Shown piece by piece: positions 10,590-26,990 of a stretch of 64,000 nt of DNA. A program made the position numbers and the translations under genes. The notes beneath the pieces were generated by a model, which was given only the letters and a program-made list of their open reading frames with translations, ran no database searches and was not told the origin of the DNA. Origin of the DNA: Utricularia gibba (taxonomy: Eukaryota > Plantae > Magnoliophyta); assembly GCA_002189035.1 (NCBI GenBank), contig NEEC01000002.1, positions 2,170,001 to 2,234,000 of the forward strand, read 5' to 3'. Every line of letters begins with the position of its first letter. Position 1 is the stretch's first letter.

Positions 10590-12660
10590 TCAGCAATCGG
10601 CATCAGGGGAGTCTAAAGGGAAGCAAGTGTCTTTGCCGCCGGTGCTCCACAGGAAATGTGCGTAATCCGCGGCGTAGAATGAGTTCTTATTCTCTGCAGC
10701 AATGGATTCCAGGAAGGTCTCCTCAGCTGCCCAGATATCATTCCTTGCTAACCAAAGGAATTTCGCATATTTGTTCAATGCGTCTGCGTCCTTCGGCTCT
10801 ATTTTCGTGGCTCTCTTGAAGTAGTCCTCGGCCCTGTTACATCAGAGAACAGTGGGTTCGAATACGATGAACAGCACAAGCACATGGCTTCCCGAGGAGA
10901 CATCGCATATGATCTACTAAACTTCCAGAAGCCAAGAGACAAACAAAAGCCTTGGGTATGACTGAGGCACCCCACATGATATACTAAACTTCCAGAAGCC
11001 AGGAGACAAACAAAAGCCAAGGGTAAGTAAGACTTAGAGGCACCCCACATGATCTACTAAGCTTCCAACGCCAAAGGACAAACAGGCACTGCTATTCATA
11101 TTTTTCATTGTTACAACGAAAAACAGATGGGCACTATGCAAAACAGTCATCATGTTTTTCAATTCCAGGAAGATAAATCCAAGATGATTTTCTCAAACCC
11201 CATCTAATTGGCAGGATGTGTTGCAAAACTGAAGTATCAGAAGCAATGACCGAAGAATAACATCCAAAAGAGAAAGACAAGGGCAGGTACCTGTCAAAAT
11301 CTTGTGCAACTAAGTAAAGAAACTGAGCATAGTTTGCCAGGAGAAGAGGATTGTGTGGATCTTCAGCCAAACTCATTTGGTATTGCAAGTCAGTGCTGGA
11401 ATATTCTGGATAGTCATAGGATTCAACTTTGGTGTCGATTGGAGATACAAATTGATGCATAGTATCTTGATCAGTCAGCTCATCACTTGATTGGACCTGC
11501 ATTTTGGAAGCCTCGTTGACAATGGATCTCCATAAGTTTTCTTCTTCCAAGGAAGAGGCTGACCCTTCAACAGTAGTCCCTCGAGGGTTGTTCCCAAGCA
11601 AAGATTCCTCATCAGGAGAAATCGTTTGATGATAACTGGATTTATCAAACCTATCATCACCATCAGTACTACTAGCAAATGCCCTGAACTTTCCACCACC
11701 GCCTCCATTTTCTCCTATGGAAGTCCTCTTACCATTTGAAGATGGCAATGTGAGCTCCCTGACAGTCAGTGAACCCAAACCTGGCTTCAAATTATGGTCT
11801 TCAATAGCAAAAACTTCTTCAGAAATAACTGTGGACTCTTGTGTTGGAGACATTGCAGCTATAGCAGGGGTAGTTGACATGGAATAAACACTGTAATTTG
11901 CGAGAAGAATCATCACATAAACCATTAGCATAGGAGTATGCGAGAACACTTTCTGAAACAACCAAACAAATGAGGCATGAATCTCCTTCTGAACACTTGC
12001 TAAAATCCCATTTAGATCTTGATAAAAAAGAACTCCCCTCATTTGAAGAGTGAAGCTGTGAAGCTCACGGATTATGAACACCATAGATGAAAATGCCTTC
12101 TTCACTGAGCAGTAGGCAGTCTCCCCTGCGTGCATTAAACCTTTTTCCCAGAGTTTCTGTCGTTTCACAATCCCAACAGAAAACGAACTATCAGCAGAAC
12201 TTGCTCTGCTCTCAATGTTAGCTAGAACAACCTCCTGCCCTGCAAGAAACTCCGGTGTCTTCAAAGAAACAAAAGGCTCCAGATGATCTCGAGACATTGC
12301 CTCACTACTTGAAGAGGCAGCATCATCATCAACCATGCGAGCAAACTCGTTTACCCTTTTCACAAACTCTTCATCAGAAAATCGACCCAAGCTGGCACTA
12401 GTCTTTCTGATTGTATTAACACGGGATTCACTTCTCTTGCAAGAACGAGACTGTTGAAGATTTGGTAACTTAAAACCGCCATATAGCTGCGATGACGTCT
12501 CTGTGTATCTGCATAGCAGAGGTCCATCACCTCTGGTAAAGCTGCTTCTCCGTGATGATGGTGTGTAGAAGGCGGAGGCCAACGTTTTAGAAGAAGAAGG
12601 TGAAGGAGGAACTGAAGGCTGAAACCAACTCAAAGAAGTTGTGGCAACTTGCAATTCCAT
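10590..12660 (-). CDS. TPR-like superfamily protein with long N-terminal region, 2 coding exons (11291-12660, 10590-10833)
   Basis: FVWLFQKVFSHTPMLMVYVMILLANY; TPR repeats DPHNPLLLANYAQFLY|RAEDYFKRA...EPKDADALNKYAKFLW; C-terminal DTCFPLD. Confidence 0.9.
10907..11086. repeat. Intronic tandem repeat, 3 degenerate copies with periods of 67 and 73 bp
   Basis: Core ATGAT(C/A)TACTAA(A/G)CTTCCA...GACAAACA; TACTAA anchors at 10915, 10982 and 11055, inside the TPR intron 10834-11290. Confidence 0.85.
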
Positions 12661-13960
12661 TTTTCACACAGAATCAAGAAAAGGTATGGGAATCAAAGGC
12701 CCTCCAGACAGAAAAGCAAAAGTTTCGCAGACATCACCGAGGAGAAAACAAGTTTCCTTCTTTACGTGATCCCACCTCAAACAGATAACTGCGAGAAAGA
12801 TAAAGGGCAAGCAAATGACATACTTCAATAGATCCTAAACCCCGAAAACTGATTCAAATAACAAGCGCAAAAAAAATTCATTAAAAACAAAAACTTTGAG
12901 AATCTCGTCTGAAACGGGAAAAAACAGTAAGCTATGAGCAGCCAACTCTACTTCTAAGCATTACACTACCCTGCACCTCAAGAAAACTTGAACGCGAGTA
13001 CATCAAAATCAGACGAGTCGGGCTGAAAACCCAAAAAAAGCCTTGAAAAGTAGACACCCAGAAGCTGGCAAAGAAGCTCACCGCCATCCAAAAGATTTTC
13101 GCCATGCCACTTGAAGGTGGACAGATACAACAACGGAATCTTAACTTATCAGTAACAGAGCTAGACATTCACTCCTTAAATGCACAAAAATCAATGAAAA
13201 TGGAAAATTCAAAACCAAGAACAGTATGAGACAGGAAGCATCAACCCCACCCCAGCACAAATCAAAATCAGAATTTTATGGCACAATGTCGTAAGCGATC
13301 TTACTTGGTAGGACCGTAGTGGCTTTTTTACCCCATTGATGACTGCGACAGATTCACCAGATGACTGCACAATGCTGTGATTGCCGAGTGACAATCATGC
13401 CCAAAATATCTGATTCCTACTACCTCCATACCAACCCACCCCAGAGTGGCCGCCGCCGAAACACCCCGACTCATGTTTCTTTGCTCATCGCCGTTCTTCA
13501 CGAGCGACGTTTGCTCTTGTGGAACGTTTCACGGCCACGCGTGTCCCTCCACCGTCCAGGCTTCCACAATCCGCCTTTTCTTTTTTAATTTTTTTAGGAG
13601 GCATCCATTTACCTTTTCATTAATTAATAGACAAATAATTATTAATTAAGTAAAATTAACCACAAAACCACGTGCGACTTTTCCAGTGTTGCCGCAGAGT
13701 ATTCAAATTATTCTAGAAATCCAATTTCTAAATAATTCGATTTAATTTCATTATTCCAGAGAATATTTGATTCAGGTTATTTTTGTTTCTATATAATTAA
13801 ATCAATAATATAATAAAGTATAATATTATATTCTAAACTTTTAAGTTTGTAACCAATTATATATTATATTTTTACTTTTTAATTAGAATGAAAAAAATAG
13901 AATATATTCTAAAAATATTTAATTGAAAGCATTAACCTAAATTAGATGTATTTTAGAAGA

Positions 13961-14182
13961 TGTTTGGTAGGTTGTTTTTAATATTTCAACATCTGTGTAT
14001 TAATAATAATATATATTTAGTAGACTAGTTTAACACTACACGAGTGTTTCATAAAAATTACTGTAATATATATGTTCAAAACTTATGTACTAAATAAACT
14101 TTAATTTTAACCATATAATATATAGCCACCTAAATACAAATAACTTAAATACATTATTAATTATACTATTCTACCAAATACA
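13961..14182. mobile_element. Possible degenerate Tourist-like MITE
   Basis: TGTTTGGTAG (13961-13970) and CTACCAAATACA (14171-14182) form near-inverted ends around very AT-rich DNA. Confidence 0.25.
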
Positions 14183-14556
14183 TTATTAATGCTTTAAACA
14201 ATTATATAGGATAAATATTTTATTTCAAAAAATAAATAAAAGGAATATTTGATAATAAAAAATTATATGTGCTATGAAAATTTAGATGCGGTTTACAATT
14301 AATTTTACAAATTTAATCATCCTCAATTTCTATCTCATATATTAATACAAATTTAATATTAAAATAATTAATATAATATATAATACCTTAGAATGATTGA
14401 ATTATTAAATCATCCTATATTAGTCGTGGGTTGACCTACGGGTCATGGGTTGAAACCATAGACCCATGTTTCGGCGGGTTAGGGTCATGGTTCCCGTTTT
14501 AGTGGGTTCGTGCTTCGGGTATGACCCGTTGATGCAGCCTCTTCCTCATTAACGGA

Positions 14557-14580
14557 GGCCCAAACAAAATCCTAGGCCCA
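14557..14580. promoter_or_regulatory. Paired site II motifs upstream of the methyltransferase gene
   Basis: GGCCCA at 14557-14562 and 14575-14580. Confidence 0.4.
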
Positions 14581-15050
14581 TTAAAGATGGGTCTAACAAT
14601 TACGACGTCGTATGACTTTCCGGCCATCAACTCGGAATTGGATCTTGCGGTTATCGGCCGTGAACGGGCGTAATTTGAACTTTGAGGTGAGAGGATTCCG
14701 TTTAGTACTCACCCACGTTTTTTCGGTGGTACTGGCGTATTCTACTTTTTCAAATCGGTCCATGATTCTTGATAATGCGCATGGTTTTTGGGTCGGATAA
14801 TAAACTGGATGTGATTTCGAGTTTGTGTGGGTGGATGGAACACTAGATGGAGAAAGGGTTTAGTTTGATTAGGGCATTAGATCGTTGCCTGGGTTGATTC
14901 TGAGTTGCTTGTTTCTCCTCTTAAATATAATTGTTTTGCAGCTTCAAGACGAGTTCTTTGATGGATTACGAGATTGTTGATTAAGTACTTGGAAGTATGC
15001 GATATAAGTGTGCTTGAGGAAAAGCAGGCGTCAGATTCGGAGAATACACT

Positions 15051-16013
15051 ATGGCAAACCTTTCATCGAAGGGGTTTGTGGTTTCAGTTCCTACCCTTGT
15101 TCTCACTGTGGCTGCTGCTGCGATTTCTTTTCTTGTGTTGCTGTTCAAATTTGTAATATCTTCCCCAGAGTGTTCTTGTGCGATTCCAACCGCATCTGTA
15201 AGCGTATCCACAAGGGAAAAGCACTTCTCACCCTCTATGGAAGACATGCATTGGCTGAAACAGCAGATCGAGGCCAATGGATTGCACATGCCGGAGAATG
15301 AGAAGCGTAAAGGCATAAACCCCCGGACTCGTGAGGAACAGCTTCGGGATCTCATAGAGTACAAAGGCATTGCACATTATGAAGGAGTAGAAGCAAAGAA
15401 CCACACTGCTCTTCCTTGTCCTAATGAACTTCTGGTAGAAATGCACCATAGCTATTATGGTGAGCCGTGGGCCGGAGGGCGGGATGTGTTTGAATACCTT
15501 GCACAAACTATGAACCTGAGTCCTGATTCAAGAGTCCTGGAGATTGGATGTGGCACACTTCGTGTCGGTTTGCATTTCATTAGGTACTTAAACCCCGGAC
15601 ACTACCATTGCTTGGAGAAAGATGAGCTCTCTCTACGGGCTGCCTTTAGTTATGAGCTTCCATCTCAAGGTCTTCTATTTAAGCAACCCCTGATTGTGAG
15701 AAGTGACAACATGGACTTCAGTCGATTTGGGCCTGATACCATGTATGATCTGATATATGCTAGTGCTGCCTTTTTGCATATACCTGACAAACTTGTTTGG
15801 ATAGGCGTGGAGCGATTATCCGGTAGATTGAAACCTCTTGGTGGAAGATTGTTCATCTCTCATAATGTGAAGTTCTGCACTCGCTTAGGCAGTGACATGT
15901 GTGCAAAAAGGCTGAATGATCTAGGGTTGGAATACCTGGGAAAATACACACACGATAGCCTGCTGTTCAACCACTATGAGACTTGGTTCATGTTCAGGCG
16001 GTTCAAAACGTGA
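15051..16013 (+). CDS. Class I SAM-dependent methyltransferase-like protein with N-terminal membrane anchor; intronless CDS
   Basis: 320-aa ORF; motif I VLEIGCGTLR, YDLIYASAAFLH; hydrophobic LVLTVAAAAISFLVLLF near the N-terminus; probable 5'UTR intron ending TTGCAG at about 14941. Confidence 0.8.
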   Translation: MANLSSKGFVVSVPTLVLTVAAAAISFLVLLFKFVISSPECSCAIPTASVSVSTREKHFSPSMEDMHWLKQQIEANGLHMPENEKRKGINPRTREEQLRDLIEYKGIAHYEGVEAKNHTALPCPNELLVEMHHSYYGEPWAGGRDVFEYLAQTMNLSPDSRVLEIGCGTLRVGLHFIRYLNPGHYHCLEKDELSLRAAFSYELPSQGLLFKQPLIVRSDNMDFSRFGPDTMYDLIYASAAFLHIPDKLVWIGVERLSGRLKPLGGRLFISHNVKFCTRLGSDMCAKRLNDLGLEYLGKYTHDSLLFNHYETWFMFRRFKT

Positions 16014-17360
16014 AGCAAGGAGAGAGAGATCCATCCTAACCGTATGAAAACTCATATTATGCCACAGAAAAGCTGCACTTTGGGGACTCCTTAAAGAGGC
16101 TTCGTTGTTTACTTTTTCTTGCGGCTACTGTATCTGCTCGTGATGTTTGTAGTTTCTTCCGTGTGGGCTGTTATTTCTTCCAGGCCAGGCTGGCATCTCC
16201 AGCATGTGAAGTTCCGAAAGGGTTGTTTTCATTGAGTTTGAGTTCCAGAAAATCAACTTCATTCATGCTTACATGTCTTTGATTGTTTCCATCGAGTTTA
16301 CTGCAAGCAGGAGTTGTAAAGAAGCCTTGCTGGGGTCAAGGATCCCACTGGTAGTTGTTACAACTTGTGGTGGTGCTGCAACCACGACAGGAGCAACAGT
16401 GATCATTAGCTTTTCAATTGCCGGTGCAGTTGGTCACATCACAAAGACTGGGCCTACGGTTATTTACTTACCATAGTCCTCTCCCTTTTCTTGAGTGGCG
16501 GGCCTCGTGGACCATGTCTTTTGATAATACATTTCAGATGTTTTATCTTTGCAAGAATTTATAGTTCAACATCCTACACAGTGATTCTGACATGGGTTTG
16601 TAACTTGTAGTTGTTGAAAATAGTACAAGCACGATGGTTTTTCTGGTGTAAGTGCATCGGAATGTGCACCTGAAGATGACCCTTTTATCAATTAAGTTTG
16701 CAGTGGCGAATCAGAGCTGGCCACCACCTCCTCGGACCGCCATAACAATCCCCTGAAACCGGTCGATCGTATCTTTCAAGATCCTGTTTTTCCATTTTTA
16801 TATATCAGGTGGTGAAATGGAGGGGACTTCTCCAATCACTGGACACGCACTTCTAAAACCCTGTCCTTCGCTTTCAATCAATGTTGAAAAGACTAAGAAT
16901 GCGCTAGCTTTTCCTCCCCCTTTTAGTGCCCATGGAAGCCAAGGTCCTCTATATTGTTTTTCAAATGGGAAGTATTTCATACTGAGTTACTTCCATTTAG
17001 AAGTATGGCTTCTGGGTTTCTTCCAAGTGGGTTTTTGTTTTGTTTTGTTTGTTTTTGGATGCGATTTGGCAATGGGTCCTTGTCTAGGTTCAGGAGGGGC
17101 ATGCAATGAATTTAGATTGAGTGTTGTATACTGTGTGCGTTTTTCTTTCGCTCTTTTAGATCAACAAATTTCTTGATTGAGTTTCTTCTATTGTGGAAAG
17201 GTGGGGTCTTTGAAAGATTCCTCTAGCTGAGAGGTGGATGTCGACGAAAAGTTATTCTGATTCCTCTGCATAAAAACGCCTCAGCATTTAGCTTTCATGC
17301 TGCCATTCTGAAGTTTTCCGAGCTCTCTGTTTCTCTACGCCCCTGTTTTCTTCTTTGTTT

Positions 17361-18414
17361 ATGAATTGGGGGATGGAGATTTTATTACCAAATTCTCATG
17401 TATCGAGTTACAGTTGGCTGGCGGAGGACAGCAGCCGGAGCACGAGGTGGACGGCTGAGGAGAACAAAGCTTTTGAGCATGCTTTGGCTCTCTACGATGA
17501 GAAAATGCCTGACAGGTGGCAGAGAGTCGCCGCCATGGTCCCCGGAAAGACAGTTTGGGATGTTATGAAGCAGTATAAGGAATTGGAAGACGATGTGAGC
17601 ACCATAGAAGCAGGGCTGTTCCCTGTTCCTGGTTACGACACATCATCCCCTTATATGCTCCAGTGGTCTGGTTCCGGCCAACGCTACCACAGTGGCATTA
17701 AGCCCCCGTACTTTTGCCGGAAATCATCCGCCGCCGCCCGTCCGATTGACCATGAGAGAAAAAGGGGTGTCCCCTGGACGGAAGATGAGCATAAGTGAGA
17801 CTTCATCACCTTCAATACTGAATCGCTGCTTCCCTTGTCGCAGGCCGTGTTCTGATTGAATAACACAATGATCTGCTGATTGACAATGAAGTTGCCTCTG
17901 TTTCTCTTGCAGACTGTTTTTGATGGGGCTGAAGAAATATGGAAAGGGGGATTGGAGAAACATTTCAAGGAATTTCGTGATAACAAGAACACCAACGCAG
18001 GTGGCGAGCCATGCTCAGAAGTATTTCATCCGGCAGCTGAACAGTGGGAAGGACAAGAGGAGAGCAAGCATTCATGACATAACCACTCTGAGCCTTGAAG
18101 AGGATGTGAAAGCTCCAATCGAAAGCACGAAAAAGTCGCTATCACCGGAGCAATCCCCTGTTCAGAAACATCCCTTCCACTGCAGCCAATTCACTAACGA
18201 ACTGTGTGGTTCTCAGGGAGAGGCCAATATTTTGGGATCGCTCCCGTTTGAATCCAGCTCCTACTGGCAACATCTGCAAGGAGAGGCTGCAGAGGAATCC
18301 TTAGTAGCAGCTCAAAATATGCTCTTGATGATGCAAACTGGATTTCAATATCCTGCTCATGAAAGGGGATCGTTCTATTGCAAAGAAGAAGCCCACCATT
18401 TTGATTTTGCTTGA
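17361..18414 (+). CDS. DIV: DIVARICATA-like R-R MYB transcription factor, 2 exons (17361-17794, 17913-18414)
   Basis: [14 protein letters not shown]...[13 protein letters not shown]; [14 protein letters not shown]|[22 protein letters not shown]; [13 protein letters not shown]. Confidence 0.95.
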
Positions 18415-19710
18415 AAGCCAGCATTGTATGTATTCTTGGTCCGTTTCTACTAGAAAGATTGTGGGAAAGCTTTACATGCCTCGCTGAAGGTTCCCTTTGT
18501 ATTTACTAGAAAGAGATGTAACTGTAACTATATATGCAGTTACTATTCTGGATTCTGTGCTCCATTTCCTGTTCATGGCGAAGCCTTCCTTGCAAAATAG
18601 AAACACAAATCAACAACCCTGCTTCTTTTTTTCATTTACAGGATCAAACATATGACGAGTTTAAGGGCTTACTCTGTTCCTAATCTTCACCGCAACTGTA
18701 CTTGAGTTACGGTGAGTGGTTTAGTGTAGAACCCGTGTGGAAGATTCCACTTTTACGCATACCGCACATGCCTGAAAGAACCTGCAGAAAGGGAGGAGAT
18801 GCACAATAATTGAAGCGCGAAGTACCCTATTCCACCGTGAAAGAAAAGCATTATAAGTTGATGCGGTATATTCACCATGATTCCATTCCACATTGGGTTC
18901 AGACAAAACATGGAATAGGACAAAATTCTGAATCAGTTAGTTTTCTGAGAAATATCAAAACCAGCCTCACATTGAAAGTGAAGAGGAAGTAAGCAAGATT
19001 TTTCCTCAAGCAGGAGGTGACAAGGGAACCTTCAGCTACTTTATTCCAACTGTTGTCTTTTCTGTAACCACATAAATATTTACAGCACAAGAACTTTCCC
19101 TTGTGCTAATGGTTTATTTCTCTGTCCTTGAAGTATATTCGGATTCCCTTGACACTGATTGGAAATCAAATCTTTTTCTTCCATTTGGTAAGTGCAGACT
19201 GAGGGCAATGACAAATATTCCATCTGAAATATCCGCACATACTCATTCTCATGTTCACTCAAGAAGATATTTCTATAGCATCTAAGATGAGGATCCTTTG
19301 TTCTAGATTGAGCTTGCCTTATTCGGTGAAACCTGTGAGGAAGTTACTGCTCCTTTGCTTATTTTAATAGAATGAAGGAGAATAAGTAATTGTGAAAAAT
19401 ATTCTGGCGTCCCTCTCATTTGTAAAGAAAGCCACGTTGTATTTTAAACAAAGAAACTAGTCGGTTTGGGGAACAGAGAATATGTATCTGAAAGGCAAAA
19501 GTCCCATCTACACTAAAATTATGCGTGGGAGGAATTCACTGGTGATGTAACATTACTTGGCGACCCAGATTTCCCGTCCAGAACTCCTGCATCTTCGTTT
19601 GCAATGGAGTGCTGATGATCCTCATTTGTATAGTTTGATCCTGAAGAAGAACTGAACCAGAAGCTCACTGGAGGCAGTTAAAATTCAAGTTATTGTGTCT
19701 GTTGTCTCGC

Positions 19711-22544
19711 TCAATCCCCTTCATTCCTGTTGCATAACTCTAATGAGGGGTAAAGGGGAAGTCTGGCAACATCAAGATCCTTCATTTCATAGTTTATGGC
19801 ACACTCAGGACGATCCAAAGCTATTTGCTGATCCTCTTTAATATCTTTGTCAGCCTCTGATGAGGGAGCAATACGTTCATCTGCATCAAGATTCAGAACT
19901 TTAATTTTCATCCCATTCTCTGTAGATATCGGAGCTACTCAACTCAGTTCACTTAGATCCTCTAAATTCTTCATGTCTGATTCTACTGAGATCACAAGTT
20001 CAGCTGCACTATCATTACTATTTTTATATTTTAGTCCACAGCCAAAAGGACTTGAAGTCATTGAGTTTACAGTTGTTTGCTCATCATCTGCATGGATGTA
20101 TTTATCCTCTGCCTTCTGAGGTTCCAACTGTGATGAGAAGGTAACAGGGAGCCCTTCTGAATCAACACCACCATTTTCCACCTGCATCCCAAACTCTGTC
20201 GAAGGTGAAGCTTTTTTCAGGTTTTGAACTTGATCCTCAGCATTGTCCAAGTTATCATCATGCTCAACATTCTTGCTTACATCGTCCCCAAAACAACCTT
20301 CATCCATCACTGCAGGATTCTCAGCCGATACGCTTATGGTGTTTCCAGGTTCATCCTGTTCGTCCATGAGTTGAATATCTTCTTCCGAGTGACATGCTGA
20401 TGCCATTGAGGTTTGATGGCTATTTCCATCCCAATCCACACTAGACAAGGAACCATTGGGCAATGTATCACTCGAATGCAGAACAGAGGCTGGTAGTGGC
20501 GTGGTAGAACTTCCTACAACAGCAGCATTCCATGCATTAGTTCCATCACCACCGTTTTCAGTAGCTTCAATGGAACTCAAGGCTCCTTCAGATTGAGTCT
20601 GAGTGAGATAACAGTGATCATTATTGTCTGAAACAGTTGATGCTACCTGCAACATCTTGGAACTGATTGTATCGTGAATGATGCCTGACATTGCATCTTT
20701 TCTTGGCAAAGGCATAGAGCTGAGCGATTTTTCAAATGTTCTGAAAATCTTCTCATCCAAATTGGTGGACCTCTTGCTGCTCACTGGTGACTCAGATTCT
20801 GAACACAAGTTCTCTTCCATGCTGTTTGGCAGTGGATGCTCGTCACCGATCCATGAAAACCCAACTCGGATTACATCCGCTTCAGAAACCTCATTCACCC
20901 TCGACCTGGGGTCACAGTCTTCCACCTGCGACGGGTGAGAAGAACCTGTCCAAATATCTACACCATCCCATGTAATCTTCTTCTCCTCCATGTCTTCATC
21001 ATTTGTACAAGAAATGCTATCGTTTATCGTCATTGAGGGCGAACTAACCTCTGAAACCTCAACTTCTAAGTCAGACGCAATTGAGTACGAAGGGAGATGA
21101 TGATGCATACTATGCCTGAACAGCTGCAACGCATCAGCACCAGCAGTCAAAAAGCTTTCTCCCACCTTTTCCTTGCTTCCTTGTTCCTGGAGTGGCTTCT
21201 TCGAGATATCGAGTAAAGTGATTTCAGTATGGTTTCTTTATCTATCTTGTACACTGGCTCACTATCTGTAGACGACATACTTGTTCTTGAACTTGAATCT
21301 GAACAAAAACCTTCTTTTGGAACCAAACTTGTGATACCATCATCAGTTTCCACTTTGGCGTTTCTGCTATCACTTTGGTGTTGGTGCACTTGTATGACTT
21401 CTTTGATTTGATCCTCAATGGGGTTGTCTTCAGTAGTCTTAGATTCAGAGAAATCATATAATTCTTGATCCATCGTAACAGGAAACTCCTCATCTGCCAT
21501 AAAAACAGAGCAACCAGACGAGGCATTATCACTCTGCAATGCATAGAATGTGACAGGATTTGCATACCATGCTTCATGAACAACTGACAATCTGAAGAAG
21601 GTTTCCTTTCTCTGGATTTCGACTGTTCCTCTTTACAGAAAGTGCTTGCATTTCCTCCTAACCTGAAACTTTCATGCCTGCAGTAAGTGAAATCCCTGGC
21701 TTTACCATTGGAAAACTCTTGTTGGAAGGTATCTCCGGTGAGGTCTGGTTTCTCCTCCTGTGGATCATAAGGTATGTTGAACGGATTCCTCGCCGGAATA
21801 AGCACCGATGGGGCGGAGCCGGGGCTGTTGAAAAGGTCATCCTCAATCAGAGTACTTGTTCTTGGTATAAGCAAAGATGAAACATGTGAACTGAGTTCAG
21901 AGTTTCTTTCCATGCTCAACAATTTCATTGCAGATTCATGGTTCAGAAGTTTCCGCAACCTTCGCCTCGCGATCAAGCTCTCCAGCCTCTTAGTCCTCTC
22001 CGCGTTCGAAATCCCTAGATCAGCAACATCACCGTTCTTGTTCTTCTCCTTGCCCCCTGTTCCCCCTCCCAGACGGCGAAACTCCGGCTGAAATTGTCCC
22101 GTTTCCGCACCCCAAGCAAAACCAACACTTCTCGGATTTCCTTAGGATTTTCTTCGATCAATGCGTTCTTGTCAACCACATCGACGACGGCTTTCTCTAG
22201 TTCCGGCAGCATTTTCTGCATTCTGATATCCCTCGGCCTCCGCCGCCGGACGGAATGAACTCGTCCGTACGAGGACCTGGTTCTCCGGTCGCCCTCTTCC
22301 TCAAACCTCTTCGCCTCATTTCGAGAGAACAGCCAACTTGCGACCAGAACTCCGATGCAACCGAGCAGGGAGACGAATAAACCAGAGCCCAGAAGACTAA
22401 AGGAAAGAACAGATAAAGGAGAAACACAGCCAACAAGGAAGAAGCAAACAAGGGGTATTCAGCTGAAACTGCGGCAAAAGTTTCTGTTGACATTCTCAAC
22501 AGTTTCCATAGGCAAATTTGAACATCATGGGCAACCAAAGTCAT
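19711..22544 (-). CDS. Long acidic/Ser-rich uncharacterised membrane-anchored protein (At5g58880/At2g29620-type); broken by 4 frameshifts and an in-frame TGA at 19939-19941
   Basis: N-terminal TM region YPLFASSLLAVFLLYLFFP..VYSSP; motifs KNALIEENPKEIREV, DLGISNAERTKRLESLIARRR, SPGSAPSVLIPARNPFNIPYDPQEEKPDLTGDTFQQEF, CRHESF, SYSIASDLEVEVSEV found across successive frames; 3' end uncertain. Confidence 0.75.
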
Positions 22545-22986
22545 GGTTCCAACTCATCGAAAGGTTGAATCTTTATTTCCATGCAAAATGAGGAAGTCAA
22601 CAGCTGCATGCTACATGTAACGTGGGCATCGGGAGGCAGAAAATCCTCATCTTCTCCGATTTCTAGCCAGACCCATCCGATTTTCATGCTGAGAAACAGC
22701 AAAATGGGATCTTTTCGTAATTTCGGAAAGGATGGGGACCCAGTCCGAAAATCGCAAATCTTGTCCCAGAGAAGATGAGGAGGAGGTCATTACAGGACAT
22801 CCCGATTTAACGGTCAGAAACCAGGGTCGAGCATCCAACGGTTAGGATTGCGTAGCTTCGTCCCCCTGCTCTCTCTCCCACAAATCTTTTTTCTCTTCCT
22901 GTTGAAGAAACAAAAATCTGTAGGAATTTGTAGATATCCATAGTATATGTGTTGTCCGTATAATTTTCTCCTCCTCAGAACCCTAA

Positions 22987-26571
<3,585 letters not shown>

Positions 26572-26990
26572 ATTGCCCATCATCATCGTCCTCTTCTGTA
26601 TGTATCTGAAAATACAACGGTGTAAAGGGTAGAAACTGTGGGAAATTCAAAGATATCTTGTTACAGAAACACCATGTACAGTTCACTTGAAATCAATTAT
26701 GCTTCTGACAATCACAGATTCTCATGTACCAGCAATGGTTCCATGAAAGTGTCCATCCTTGTTACATGTGAACAACTGCAGAGTGAGGAAGTAGTTTTGC
26801 AGAACGCAGCAGGTAATCAGAAGATTTCAGGCTAGAACAAGAACCTCGGAGGGGTTCGATTGCTGTTAAGGATGACGAGGTTTACACCTTTGTAAAGACA
26901 GAATATTGTCGGATCACTACGCCGCATCACGTCCATACAAAGAATGGAAAACAGTAACTTGAACATGTAGAAGAAATGCAACACTCAAGT

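Noticed and set aside
10857-10866. GGTTCGAAT, a tRNA T-loop-like motif
   Set aside because: No cloverleaf, acceptor stem or A-box around it.
12932-13168. 78-aa ORF upstream of the TPR gene as a separate gene
   Set aside because: Most of it lies in a predicted 5'UTR intron (12789-13081), and its T-rich, hydrophobic coding looks intron-derived.
16273-16476. 67-aa ORF downstream of the methyltransferase
   Set aside because: No recognisable motif or supporting gene structure; it lies in probable 3'UTR or intergenic DNA.
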